64,000 nucleotides of DNA, taken from positions 3,997 through 67,996 of IMG/VR virus record IMGVR_UViG_3300044730_001661; one strand, given 5' to 3'. A program made the translations under genes and the position numbers. The notes beneath the pieces are model-generated. The model was not told where the DNA came from. It was given only the letters and a program-made list of their open reading frames with translations, and searched no databases. Below are positions 24,672-34,224 of this stretch, piece by piece (within the stretch, counting starts at the first letter, position 1; the number at the start of each line of letters is the position of its first letter). Source of the DNA: a virus.

Positions 24672-24679
24672 AGGATACC

Positions 24680-25087
24680 ATGAATAATTCTGATTACAAT
24701 GATTTCAATAACTGGCAAAACGGGGATGAGAACGAGATGAATAATCCCAATAACTGGTTCCCGAAGAATGGTTTCTTCTATTATGGATCCAGCAGTGATG
24801 CCTTCAAGAAGATGTGGGAAAACATCAATAATGGTGAAAATCCAATGGAATACATGAAGGAGTATTTCCATTTGGATGATATCACTAAAAAGTACAATAA
24901 AAATAATAAGAGACCCAAGCCAAGCCGTCCTACCGCCAATAAGATGGTTGTTTTTAGCCAAGAGGACTATCTCAAGCTAATTGAGATTCGTGGTTATCTG
25001 AATATCACTGAGCAATATGCTCACGTAAAGGCTTTGGATAAACTTATCAATCAGATTCAAATTTTGCCAAAAGGTGGTAATCCATGA
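24680..25087 (+). CDS. Asn-rich hypothetical protein (135 aa)
   Basis: AAGGA RBS; co-oriented operon. Confidence 0.75.
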   Translation: MNNSDYNDFNNWQNGDENEMNNPNNWFPKNGFFYYGSSSDAFKKMWENINNGENPMEYMKEYFHLDDITKKYNKNNKRPKPSRPTANKMVVFSQEDYLKLIEIRGYLNITEQYAHVKALDKLINQIQILPKGGNP

Positions 25088-25296
25088 CATACGTACCGGG
25101 ATCGGCCTATAATGCAGGCTTCAAGGCTCGAATGGAAGGCAGTGCCAGAGATGTGCTTTCTGCAGACCATAATAACGTTTATATTCAAGAATGGTTGACT
25201 GGCTGGGATGATGCCCACAAGAAGATCATTGCGGAAGCCAGAGAAAACTCTGGATGCAATAAACCAAAATGCTGTAAAAAGTTTTTACAGGATTGA
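25084..25296 (+). CDS. Rmf-like (ribosome modulation factor fold) small protein
   Basis: AYxxGxxAxxxG...WLxGW pattern (AYNAGFKARMEG...EWLTGWDDA). Confidence 0.6.
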   Translation: MTYVPGSAYNAGFKARMEGSARDVLSADHNNVYIQEWLTGWDDAHKKIIAEARENSGCNKPKCCKKFLQD

Positions 25297-25322
25297 AAAA
25301 GCCCCGCAAGGGGCTTTTTTTT
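25296..25322. terminator. Bidirectional intrinsic terminator
   Basis: AAAAAGCCCC-GCAA-GGGGCTTTTTTT between convergent genes. Confidence 0.9.
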
Positions 25323-26046
25323 ATTCAAACTCCAGATTATACTCTTCCATGAAACTCTTTGGATTATACTGAATCCAGTGATAATTTGTTTCATTGGTAT
25401 CTGGATTTACAGATCTGAGAATATATTTCTTTGTTGGATTGCTTCTCTGCATTCTCTGCAAATAAGACTTGCTGGGAAGTTCATTTGGAACGTGGCTCCA
25501 TGCCTTCGCAGAACTGAAATGCTTGAATTCTTCTGGGCACACATCAAACATCTCACAGTTATCAAGTCCTGCTATTACGGGTTCTTTTCTTCTGGTGGTT
25601 CCCATCACAGGATCGTATCCAGATACGGAACCGTTATTGTAACCGGGTGAGGTGGCTGGTGTGCCCATGCCTCCGGCATCCATGTCTTCGGTCAATTCAA
25701 AATAACTTAAGTCTGGGCTAACTTGAAGGGCCAGCGTTGCTTCCATGAGCCCAGAGTATTCAGAAGTTGTTATTCCAAATTTTTCAGCTTCTTCACCGAA
25801 GAGTTGCAAGGTAGTCATAAAGTTCCCCAATTTGCTCTTTGTCATTCCTTGGGGAAGTTCTTCGAATATTTTTTTCAATTTGATAATCAGATATTCCAGA
25901 GGATCGATGCTGCTCTCTGGTTTGACTATATTTCCTCTGCTGTCGATTGCACCGGAACTATATGCAGTCAATGAAGTATAAGGTGCGGAGATTCCCTCTG
26001 CAAACTTATAAAAGTAAAAGGATGGTACGTATTGTATTTTATCCAT
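25321..26046 (-). CDS. Conserved T4-like hypothetical late protein
   Basis: AY..GAID..GN motif; TAAATA upstream. Confidence 0.8.
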   Translation of the reverse strand: MDKIQYVPSFYFYKFAEGISAPYTSLTAYSSGAIDSRGNIVKPESSIDPLEYLIIKLKKIFEELPQGMTKSKLGNFMTTLQLFGEEAEKFGITTSEYSGLMEATLALQVSPDLSYFELTEDMDAGGMGTPATSPGYNNGSVSGYDPVMGTTRRKEPVIAGLDNCEMFDVCPEEFKHFSSAKAWSHVPNELPSKSYLQRMQRSNPTKKYILRSVNPDTNETNYHWIQYNPKSFMEEYNLEFE

Positions 26047-26055
26047 TTTAATTAT

Positions 26056-26454
26056 TTATTTTTCTGTTTGCTGCAACTTTCTGTCAACTCTGGGGTCTGT
26101 ATTGATTTCTGAATATCGCAACTCTGGTATTGATTTTATATTAAAATTCAAGAAAACTAAAAACGATTTTAGATAAGAATACAATCTCGGTTCAAGTTTA
26201 TAAAAAAGTATTCGGCTTGCATTTTCCTCACCGAATACGTTTCCGAGAATTATTATGTGATTTAATATAAGACGTTCTCTGATTGATTTTAATGTCTTAT
26301 ACTTGTGTATCTTTTGCAATAGCCTTTTTACGTACTTGACTCGTTTCATGTCATCCATGAACTCCGTCTTTCCGGAACATTCTTTGTTAAAATAACAAGC
26401 CTGACAGAATTCTGGAAAGCTTTCTTCTGTCAGAGGCTTGTTTTTATCTAGCAT
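26056..26454 (-). CDS. Conserved T4-like hypothetical protein (ERLILNHIIIL.NVFG family)
   Basis: EF.DD.KR.KY.KRLL, ERLILNHII..NVFG, LK.FL.FLN motifs. Confidence 0.85.
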   Translation of the reverse strand: MLDKNKPLTEESFPEFCQACYFNKECSGKTEFMDDMKRVKYVKRLLQKIHKYKTLKSIRERLILNHIIILGNVFGEENASRILFYKLEPRLYSYLKSFLVFLNFNIKSIPELRYSEINTDPRVDRKLQQTEK

Positions 26455-26461
26455 CGATTGT

Positions 26462-27022
26462 TCAGTGCTGGCAACCACAGTCAGCTTGTCCTGCATCCGA
26501 ATTATATGAAGATGATTCAGTCGGAGCAATGACAAACATTACTTTACGTAGATGATTGGGTTGCTTTTGCACGTTTACGGTCAATGCAAGCGAATGGCCT
26601 AATTTTTCCTTGATTCCATCGCCTTGCTTGAATCCTGTCTTGTTAACGTCATCGTACGGATTTTGACCGTATACACCCAGCTGAGGACTTCCATATTGAA
26701 CCAATTCAAAAGAGGACAATCCGTCGCTGAGAACCATTGTTGGTGCATCAAAATCCAAACCAAAGAGATTCAGCTTTTGCTTGACTACTGCCAAAACACT
26801 GTCTGGATCAATATAGTCTCTATTCGAGAATCCATAAAGCATAGCATTGATTGCATCGATTTGGTGTGATTTATTTAAATTAAAAGTTCCACGATCAGTT
26901 ACGGGAGATGGTCCCAATTTGCCTTGAGGATCACCGACGTAAAGACCACCGCCGAAGGTGTGTTCACCTGCTGCGGATTCGTAGATATCATTGATTGTTT
27001 GTACTAGTTTCTTGAATTTCAT
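26462..27022 (-). CDS. Hypothetical late protein (186 aa)
   Basis: MKFKKLV...IYE N-terminus; TAAATA plus AGGA upstream. Confidence 0.8.
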   Translation of the reverse strand: MKFKKLVQTINDIYESAAGEHTFGGGLYVGDPQGKLGPSPVTDRGTFNLNKSHQIDAINAMLYGFSNRDYIDPDSVLAVVKQKLNLFGLDFDAPTMVLSDGLSSFELVQYGSPQLGVYGQNPYDDVNKTGFKQGDGIKEKLGHSLALTVNVQKQPNHLRKVMFVIAPTESSSYNSDAGQADCGCQH

Positions 27023-27031
27023 GGCTTTCCT

Positions 27032-28174
27032 TTATTTAGTTCTCTGTTCTATTAACCCATATAGATCTGGATCGTATTTTTTATTAGTGGTAAGAGCACT
27101 ATTTTCTATGCTTTCCATGACCTTCTTCCACTTTCCACCCTTGCTCTTGTAGCATTTCGCTGCCCACGCATTTGCATATGCCGAGGGATATACATCAAAC
27201 TTATTCTTGGCTTGTTCAATGCAGGCACTCCATTTTTTTGGATCTTTTGCCTTATTCTTCTTGCCTTCGGTGAGCTCGGTTGATTCTTTCAACATCGAAG
27301 ACACGGATTGAGTGCTCCAGGTCTTGCAGGCCCAGTATCTTGCCTTCCATCTTGGTCCCGGATTATCGCAATTGTGTCTTGCTCTGAAGTTCTTTCTGCG
27401 AGCTGGGTCATCACGCTTTATTTCCATATTGGGATCACCAAAGTTTACTTTGACAACATTTCCTTTGTCATTCTTTACATAAACTTTGTATTTCTTTACA
27501 TCGCCGCGCATGATTTTGTTTAGCTTGACCTTTTTTCCTTCCTCTTCATAGATCTCGACAAAATCACCATACTGATTTTTTTCCTCTCCCTCTGTGATGT
27601 CAACGAAACCCATGATGGTGTCAGGTAAAAAAGTCTCGGATATCTCACATCCGTTCTCGTCTGAGAAGACAACTTTATATTCTGATTCGGTATACTCAAC
27701 GAGATCTACGTTCAAAATATTACCAGATTCATTTATGATTACATCACAAGGCAAAAGATCTCTTGCTTCTATGGAAGAAAAAGAAATGTTCTTTACTACA
27801 TTTAAATTTTCCACAATAAAAAACTCAAAGGTTTCTTTTATCTCGGTGACGCCTGTTTTTACGTAAACTGGCTTTTTGCCCTTTGTATCAGATTCGCCTT
27901 TTTTTCCGTGACCGGCTTCTCTTTGTGCTAATCTTTTTCTACGAACAAAGCTGCCTATCTTATCCTTGCCGAGTTTCTTTGCTTTTTGTCGGCTCAGGCA
28001 TGCTGAATATGCATCACCTTCTTCAGCATCTCCGCATTTGCCGACTCTTTCGCCTTTGGTATTGTAACGATCCCAACCAGGACCCCCGCCAGCTGATTCT
28101 TTGTTGAACCATTTGCCGAGTCCCGATTTTGCATATACTTTTTCTAAAATCAATTCGAGATCGTTATTAGTCAT
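27032..28174 (-). CDS. Multi-module basic virion/internal protein
   Basis: Modules GLGKWF, VNFGDPNMEIK..RRKNFRARHNC..ARYWAC and KFDVYPSAYAN..GGKW, separated by xxE linkers. Confidence 0.8.
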   Translation of the reverse strand: MTNNDLELILEKVYAKSGLGKWFNKESAGGGPGWDRYNTKGERVGKCGDAEEGDAYSACLSRQKAKKLGKDKIGSFVRRKRLAQREAGHGKKGESDTKGKKPVYVKTGVTEIKETFEFFIVENLNVVKNISFSSIEARDLLPCDVIINESGNILNVDLVEYTESEYKVVFSDENGCEISETFLPDTIMGFVDITEGEEKNQYGDFVEIYEEEGKKVKLNKIMRGDVKKYKVYVKNDKGNVVKVNFGDPNMEIKRDDPARRKNFRARHNCDNPGPRWKARYWACKTWSTQSVSSMLKESTELTEGKKNKAKDPKKWSACIEQAKNKFDVYPSAYANAWAAKCYKSKGGKWKKVMESIENSALTTNKKYDPDLYGLIEQRTK

Positions 28175-30537
28175 TTCCAATCCTTGTTTTGTTTCTCGCC
28201 CTTTTTGTGTCCATTATCTGCCCTGTTTTCAGAGCGATCACGGAGCCGTAAATTATTTAGCTTGTTGCTACCACCATTTCTCAATGGGTTTTTGTGGTCA
28301 ACGTCAACCTTGGATCCTTTTTTGACCTTGCCCTTTCTTATGAGTTTATCTCTGGCTGTGGTCCTTTTGGATCTTTCTTTTCTTTGCTTTGGCTTTCCGT
28401 GATAATTTTTATATTCTTTTTTATAATTTCTCTTGGAAGCCTCGACCAGAATGTCGCGGGCCAGATTCATTACAAGTTCTGGACATTCATAAAGTCTTTC
28501 TATGATATTATCATATATCGTCTTTAGATTTATGTAATCTGCTTCGGTCTGCTCTGTAAGCATACCGTCTTGAATCAATACAGAAGCCTGAACATCGTCA
28601 ATCAAATTATTTTGCAGGAGCTTGGCCAAAACAAAATTATTAGTCAAAGATTCAACCAAAAGATCATTCATCAGCATCGCACATTCACCCAAAACTTCTT
28701 GGCTGATGTTTTCACCTTTTATTACTGGAATCTTGATGGTCTTCTTTCCTATGGTTATATAATTGTACTGAACTGCATTCAGGTCAGTTGCCTTGAAGCC
28801 AGGAAGCAAGCTGGCGTTCAATAAGAAATCACTGTTTCTTGTGAGATAGTTTACCATTATATTGATGGGTTCGATGGTATCTCTTTGAACCAATAATTTT
28901 TCTAGATCTTGTTCTCCCGACTCTTCCTTTTTCTTTGCTTCTACGATGGTTGTAAACTTTTTAAGCATTTCCGCAGCAGATGGCTTAAAATTGGAAATAT
29001 TGGAAGATGTAATGGGATCTTTGGCTGGCTTCACATCAAGTGAAGACATCTTAGTTACGTTATCAAAATATTCATCTGTTAGCGGGAAAATTCCATTTGC
29101 TGTTATCAGATGGTTTGGAGCCATTGCAGGATCTGTAATATTGTCACCACGCAAAACAGTCTTCAGAACATTCTTTATTATTTCTTTCTTAAGAATGTTC
29201 TGGCTTCCTTTCATAAGGTCACGAGCACCTTCTTCCCATGCTTTAGTATAATACGCTAATGAAGCCAGATTGTTCAATTGGCCATTTTCATCAAAAATAG
29301 TTCCCACAACCTTGCCGTCTGGAGAGGTTATCTTTGCTTGTTGAAGCTTGGCAAGAAGAGCTGGGTTATTTTGGATTTGTCCAACCAATTCATCTGGAAT
29401 CAAAACTTGAGAGAAAGATTGCTTTCCTGCTTGCATTTTTTGGAATGCAGCTGCCATCTTTGGGTCCGAAGATACTATTTGAGGGTTACTTAATGCTTGA
29501 GTTAGTGCACTAGAAATCAATCCTTTTACGTTTTTATTTGATTGATCAAATGAATTTGTCGAAAGAGATATCTCACCACCAGCAGAAACCTTAAACTTAT
29601 AGTTTCCACATTCCATATCAGGACTGCCTTCTGAATTTACAGGCTTACCTACAGTCTCAATATTTGTCAAGAGATTCTGAATGCACTGATCACCGATTTG
29701 AGATAGAATCTTGCGTGCAGTATAGAAAGCAGATTTAGTGAAGTCTCTTACATCCGGTGCCAAAGCCATATAGGTTTGAATCTCTTGGTCACTGGCACCG
29801 GCCTTCATCTTTGCCAAGAAAACAAGAGCGTTCAGCACCTGTTGGTTGTATGGAGCAGAGCTGATATTGCTTAGACCGAAATCGACGCTAAGATTTTCAT
29901 AAGAAAGTCTGTCGAAGTCGCTATTGGCCGGAGGCTTACGAGTCATCTTAAAGAACTCGTTGCGCAAATCAGGCGGCATGCTCATCAGCTGTTCAGGTGT
30001 CATTTGAGACATGTTGTTGAACACATCTTCCTTGGAAAGGCGTTTTGCCTTTCCTTCTTTCTTCTCATCCTTTGCCTGCGGTCTTACTTCTTCTCTTTCC
30101 TTTTCTTCGTCTTTCTTCGCATCCTTCTTTGGCTTGTCGTCTTTTTTCTTTTCTTTTACGTCATTGAAAAGAAGTTTAGAAGCCCGAGTTTGCTCAAAAT
30201 TTTCATTGCGAGTTACTTGTTCGGCCTCTCCCAGCGAAACAGCACCCTGGCTAACCCTTTCGTGCACGCTTTCATTGAAGGAATCTTTGAAGATAAGCTG
30301 TAAAGTTCCGCTCTTTGTGCGGACTATGATAATATCCTTCAATAATTCTTGCTTTGGTTTTTTATCGCGTGGAACTTGTCTGGAACGCTCTACACGCTTT
30401 CTTGCCGCATCACGAGCCTTAAAATCGGCTGTAGATGCCTTGGCCCGTTCTTTTTTCTCTGCTGCTCCCGGGCCCTCGGAAGCTTCATTTAGAACTGATT
30501 CTGTAACAATTTGCTGTAATAAGGTCTTGAAGTTCAT
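28171..30537 (-). CDS. Large late protein with C-terminal HNH module
   Basis: C-terminal RNYKKEY...DVDHKNPL..GGSN...NLR...SENRADN; N-terminal MNFKTLLQQIVTE; TAAATA upstream. Confidence 0.8.
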   Translation of the reverse strand: MNFKTLLQQIVTESVLNEASEGPGAAEKKERAKASTADFKARDAARKRVERSRQVPRDKKPKQELLKDIIIVRTKSGTLQLIFKDSFNESVHERVSQGAVSLGEAEQVTRNENFEQTRASKLLFNDVKEKKKDDKPKKDAKKDEEKEREEVRPQAKDEKKEGKAKRLSKEDVFNNMSQMTPEQLMSMPPDLRNEFFKMTRKPPANSDFDRLSYENLSVDFGLSNISSAPYNQQVLNALVFLAKMKAGASDQEIQTYMALAPDVRDFTKSAFYTARKILSQIGDQCIQNLLTNIETVGKPVNSEGSPDMECGNYKFKVSAGGEISLSTNSFDQSNKNVKGLISSALTQALSNPQIVSSDPKMAAAFQKMQAGKQSFSQVLIPDELVGQIQNNPALLAKLQQAKITSPDGKVVGTIFDENGQLNNLASLAYYTKAWEEGARDLMKGSQNILKKEIIKNVLKTVLRGDNITDPAMAPNHLITANGIFPLTDEYFDNVTKMSSLDVKPAKDPITSSNISNFKPSAAEMLKKFTTIVEAKKKEESGEQDLEKLLVQRDTIEPINIMVNYLTRNSDFLLNASLLPGFKATDLNAVQYNYITIGKKTIKIPVIKGENISQEVLGECAMLMNDLLVESLTNNFVLAKLLQNNLIDDVQASVLIQDGMLTEQTEADYINLKTIYDNIIERLYECPELVMNLARDILVEASKRNYKKEYKNYHGKPKQRKERSKRTTARDKLIRKGKVKKGSKVDVDHKNPLRNGGSNKLNNLRLRDRSENRADNGHKKGEKQNKDWK

Positions 30538-30543
30538 CTCCAA

Positions 30544-31146
30544 TTATTTAGGCTCTGGAGATTCCTTATAAATTTCAAGCGGATTGTAAAGTTTGATGTT
30601 TTTGCAGCTTTTTACTTTTCCGCTGGCTAGTTTTTTAATACAGCCGTAATCTATGTTATTTGCTTCTGCAAACTGTTTTAAATTAGTGACTGTAAATACT
30701 TGCCCGCTTAATTTATCTTGGAAGATGGCCGATTTTAAGATTTTAATTTTTTGTGGTTTTGGTTCTTCAATTTTCTCTCTGGAACCAGTTCTTTCCTGAA
30801 CAGCCCTTACTTCTACCGCAGTCCATCCCTTGTAGGTCTTTCTTTTTCCATTCAAGAGTTCACAAATTTTTACTGGAGTGAGACCGTGCTTCTTTCCGAA
30901 TTCAGTAAGATTCTCAAAGAATATTTTTTCTCCAGTATCAACTCGCTTGAGCCAGTTTCCATTTTGTTCTTTTACTGGGTTAGTCCATACCCAGTTTTTG
31001 TTTTCATAGGTAAAGAAACCACCATGCTGATTGATGAAATTTTGACGGTTTTTGGCAGCTTTTGAATTGTCATTCATGGCAACCCATAATTTTGAATTTC
31101 TTCGGTTTACATCCTGCCAAGGAGTATTTACGTTATGAAATTCCAT
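30544..31146 (-). CDS. Protein with two NUMOD1-like DNA-binding repeats
   Basis: ENLTEFGKKHGL..ICELLNGKRKTYKGW and TNLKQFAEANNI..IKKLASGKVKSCK. Confidence 0.65.
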   Translation of the reverse strand: MEFHNVNTPWQDVNRRNSKLWVAMNDNSKAAKNRQNFINQHGGFFTYENKNWVWTNPVKEQNGNWLKRVDTGEKIFFENLTEFGKKHGLTPVKICELLNGKRKTYKGWTAVEVRAVQERTGSREKIEEPKPQKIKILKSAIFQDKLSGQVFTVTNLKQFAEANNIDYGCIKKLASGKVKSCKNIKLYNPLEIYKESPEPK

Positions 31147-31801
31147 TTTGTTTTCCGTATGATGTTATCAGTGATTTTAATCTTTTTACGTGATTTATTG
31201 GTTTGTCCTGGAATACTTGTTTCATTCCATCTTCACAAGCAATTAAAATAGCAAAATTATCTACTATGATTCCTGTTCTCTCTTGGAACATAAGTGCGTA
31301 TGCCGTTGCTTGAGCCAAGTAATTGTCAATGTGCGATAATTGTTTTTCTTTGGTGCTTGCTTTGAAATCTATGATCGACAGCTTTCCATCGTACTCTGCG
31401 ATACAGTCTGTTCTTCCGGCAAGACCTAAAGTTTTTGACCATAAAGGTGTTTCTAAAGCAATTATGTTATCAATTTTATCTAATTCTGGTTTTAAAATTG
31501 AAAATAATGATTTAAAAGAAGAATGCACATTATCGTAATCCAGATCTTCGTTTTTTAAGTATTTCTCAATAAGACTATGAAATTTTGTACCACGTGAAGT
31601 AACTCTTTTACTCTCTTCTGGATTTTTTTGTCTCCATTCGGCAAAGAATTGTTGTTTTTGAAAACCGACGACAGTGGTAACAGAAGGAAATATCCCTTCC
31701 GGTGTCTGGTATAATCGTTTTCCGTTTTCGGAAACTTCTTTCAATTCACCAGTAATTTCAATCGGTTTATGTATAAATTGTTTTGTAAAACTAATACTCA
31801 T
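31133..31801 (-). CDS. PD-(D/E)XK exonuclease (Cas4-like phage exonuclease)
   Basis: PSVTTV, RGTKFH, LAGRTDCIAE, IIDFK, QATAYA motifs. Confidence 0.9.
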   Translation of the reverse strand: MSISFTKQFIHKPIEITGELKEVSENGKRLYQTPEGIFPSVTTVVGFQKQQFFAEWRQKNPEESKRVTSRGTKFHSLIEKYLKNEDLDYDNVHSSFKSLFSILKPELDKIDNIIALETPLWSKTLGLAGRTDCIAEYDGKLSIIDFKASTKEKQLSHIDNYLAQATAYALMFQERTGIIVDNFAILIACEDGMKQVFQDKPINHVKRLKSLITSYGKQNGIS

Positions 31802-31844
31802 ATATGGCGATAATTATAACACAAATTTTAAATTATACAATTAT

Positions 31845-34220
31845 TTATGCCAAATAATGGGTAAGTGCATAGCTTCCGGCTTGCTTGGTTCTTAGCCTTA
31901 CATCAATATTTGATGGTGCATTTGCCCGAGAATCTTGTTGTCCGCGATTATCACCACCACCTTCACTTCCGGGTATGGATGGCAATCTACCTTTTCCACC
32001 TTCTTCTGTTGTTTTTCCAGAACTAGCGGGGGGTGGTACAGGTGGTGGAGGTCCTGGTGGAGTTCTATTATTATTTGTGTTTGCGGTTGCGCGGGCCGTG
32101 GAGCGAGCTGTCGCAGGAGCTACGGCAGGAGCTACGGCAGGAGCTGTGACGGGAGCCGTGAAGGGGGCCGTAGTCGAGGCTGTGGTGGAAACTGTGTCCG
32201 TAGCCTTGTCTGTAGCCTTGTCTGTAGCCTTGTCTGTAGCCTTGTCTGTAGCCTTGTCTGTAGCCTTTTCTGTAGCCTTATCAGCAGACGTTACAGTAAC
32301 TGTTTTGGCAACCGTAGAAGCACTAGCACTTGAACTACCGGATGCGGCTATTATCTGTGATGCTCTAGATGGAGTTGCTGTAGTTGTGTTAGTTGTTCTT
32401 GACGATCCAGGTTTTGGTGTACCTGGTTTAGGCGCAGATGGTTGAGATGTCGGCTGTACAGACCTTGGGGCAGTCTGCGGTTCATAAACAACTTTTGGTC
32501 CTGAAGGTGTTTTTGGAGCGGTAGAAACAATGGCAGGTGGTCTTGGGGGTACAACTGGAGCGTTGGGAATTGCTTCACCGACAGTTACTGTACCTGAAGC
32601 TACGGTCGCGGCGGCTTTTGCTACTTGTTTTACTGGTTCTGGTACAATTGGTTCTGTTTTGGGAGCAGGTGGCGATAATGACGGAGCCTTTTCGCCTCGG
32701 CGGGCCCAGAATTCTGATTGCTTTTTATGAATATCGTCTTCGTATTCTTTAGCGAGTTTTTGCATGTCTTCATCTGATAATGCTTTTCCTCTTTCTCTCC
32801 AACTTTGCTCGTTCGCAGTTTTTTGAAGATCTTCAAGTGTTTCAAAGTCGGCCAATCGCTTGGGTACAATTACCATTGAAGGATCCATAAGAAATTGCGA
32901 TCTCTTACTTCCAGGTTTTGGTGGATTATAAACATATTGTGGTAATTCACCTGCTGGAAGTGGTTTGGTTAATCCTCCTTCTAAAGGCTGATTAATAAAA
33001 CTTTGTTGTTCTCCTTGAGATAATTCTTGTTCTAATTTTTCTTTGGGTGATCTTGGTCCAAAATTTTGACCTTCTCCTTGATTTCCTTTTGTTATTCTTG
33101 AAACAGTTTTATTAAAGCCCATCAACTTGAACAATTCTTTGGCAGTATATTGTTCGGGTTTCGAAATTACTGTACCGTCAGGTTTAAAATGTATTGGTGA
33201 CCATTGGCCTTGATTCAACCCATATTCTGGTATTATGGGTTCAGTAGCCCTAGCCCAAGAAAGTCTTCCACCTTCAACTCCTTTGACTGGGCCACTCCAA
33301 ACTTCTGGTTTTTCAGGAGCAGTCCATTCAATTCCTTTAAATTTATCACCAAACGTTGGTTCGGGTGCTGGTTTAGCTGCTTTAAATTCCTTTGGTACTA
33401 CCGGTGCATTGGACTGAGTTCTTACCCTTCCACCTCTGCCGGGAATTAAAAAGTTTAAGAGATACGGAATATTTTGACCGACGATATCTTGCCATTTTGA
33501 TGGAGCTGCTGCTATTTGCTCTACTGCTTGTTTTACAAGCAAACCTCCTGCGCCAGTGGCTAAGACAGGAGCAACAAACGGAGCCGCTGCTGCGGGAAGA
33601 GCCGCTGCGGCTGCGCCCAATACAAGTGGTGCAGCAACAACTGCGGCAGCTGTTCCTTTTATAAATTCCGGATTGGTTGCTGTTTTTAATGCGCCCTTTC
33701 CCAACTTATACGCACTGGAGCTTGCATCATATGATGGGTGACTCGGAGATACTTCAATTATTTCTGATCCCTCTTCTTGGCTTTTTACAATATCTTCGGG
33801 ATCCAAGAATGATTGATGGGTTATGAATCCGCCTTTGGTTTTTTTAATATAAAGAGGTCTATCAATATCTCCGGCAAGTTCTTTATAAGATTCTGGATCC
33901 AGAGCAGAAACTAGTTTTGGATTATCGGCAAGCATTTGCTTGTGGACTTCCATTTTAGTTGGATTGTATTGCTGACCAAGAATTGCCCGAGTTTGTGCCG
34001 AGACTTGAGCAAGAGCTCTGGCATATGCCTTATTATATTCACCAGTAAGTTGCTTTGGATCCACAGCAGGTGCTGGTTGGTTTCCGCCTACCTTTATGGA
34101 TTCGCCACCTGCTTTTGGCTTAAATTTATCTAAACCAACGTCTTCCTTTTCCATCAACAAAGCGTTTTGCTGATAGCGTTTCTCTAGAAAATATTCGACT
34201 AAAATTCGTTGGTTGGCCAT
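31845..34220 (-). CDS. Large Pro/Ala/Thr-rich protein with hydrophobic segment and DKAT repeats
   Basis: 791-aa ORF; hydrophobic A/V/G stretch near residues 190-230; tandem KATD repeats. Confidence 0.8.
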   Translation of the reverse strand: MANQRILVEYFLEKRYQQNALLMEKEDVGLDKFKPKAGGESIKVGGNQPAPAVDPKQLTGEYNKAYARALAQVSAQTRAILGQQYNPTKMEVHKQMLADNPKLVSALDPESYKELAGDIDRPLYIKKTKGGFITHQSFLDPEDIVKSQEEGSEIIEVSPSHPSYDASSSAYKLGKGALKTATNPEFIKGTAAAVVAAPLVLGAAAAALPAAAAPFVAPVLATGAGGLLVKQAVEQIAAAPSKWQDIVGQNIPYLLNFLIPGRGGRVRTQSNAPVVPKEFKAAKPAPEPTFGDKFKGIEWTAPEKPEVWSGPVKGVEGGRLSWARATEPIIPEYGLNQGQWSPIHFKPDGTVISKPEQYTAKELFKLMGFNKTVSRITKGNQGEGQNFGPRSPKEKLEQELSQGEQQSFINQPLEGGLTKPLPAGELPQYVYNPPKPGSKRSQFLMDPSMVIVPKRLADFETLEDLQKTANEQSWRERGKALSDEDMQKLAKEYEDDIHKKQSEFWARRGEKAPSLSPPAPKTEPIVPEPVKQVAKAAATVASGTVTVGEAIPNAPVVPPRPPAIVSTAPKTPSGPKVVYEPQTAPRSVQPTSQPSAPKPGTPKPGSSRTTNTTTATPSRASQIIAASGSSSASASTVAKTVTVTSADKATEKATDKATDKATDKATDKATDKATDTVSTTASTTAPFTAPVTAPAVAPAVAPATARSTARATANTNNNRTPPGPPPPVPPPASSGKTTEEGGKGRLPSIPGSEGGGDNRGQQDSRANAPSNIDVRLRTKQAGSYALTHYLA
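32200..32281 (-). repeat. Coding 12-bp tandem repeat (GTAGCCTTGTCT)n
   Basis: About 7 units encoding DKAT/EKAT in 31845-34220. Confidence 0.9.
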
Positions 34221-34224
34221 ATTA

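Noticed and set aside
31133-31801. Cas4-like nuclease as evidence of a CRISPR system
   Set aside because: A stand-alone PD-(D/E)XK exonuclease is common in T4-like phages; no array or other cas genes are present.
32200-32281. Tandem repeat as a regulatory or CRISPR repeat
   Set aside because: In-frame 12-bp coding repeat without spacers.
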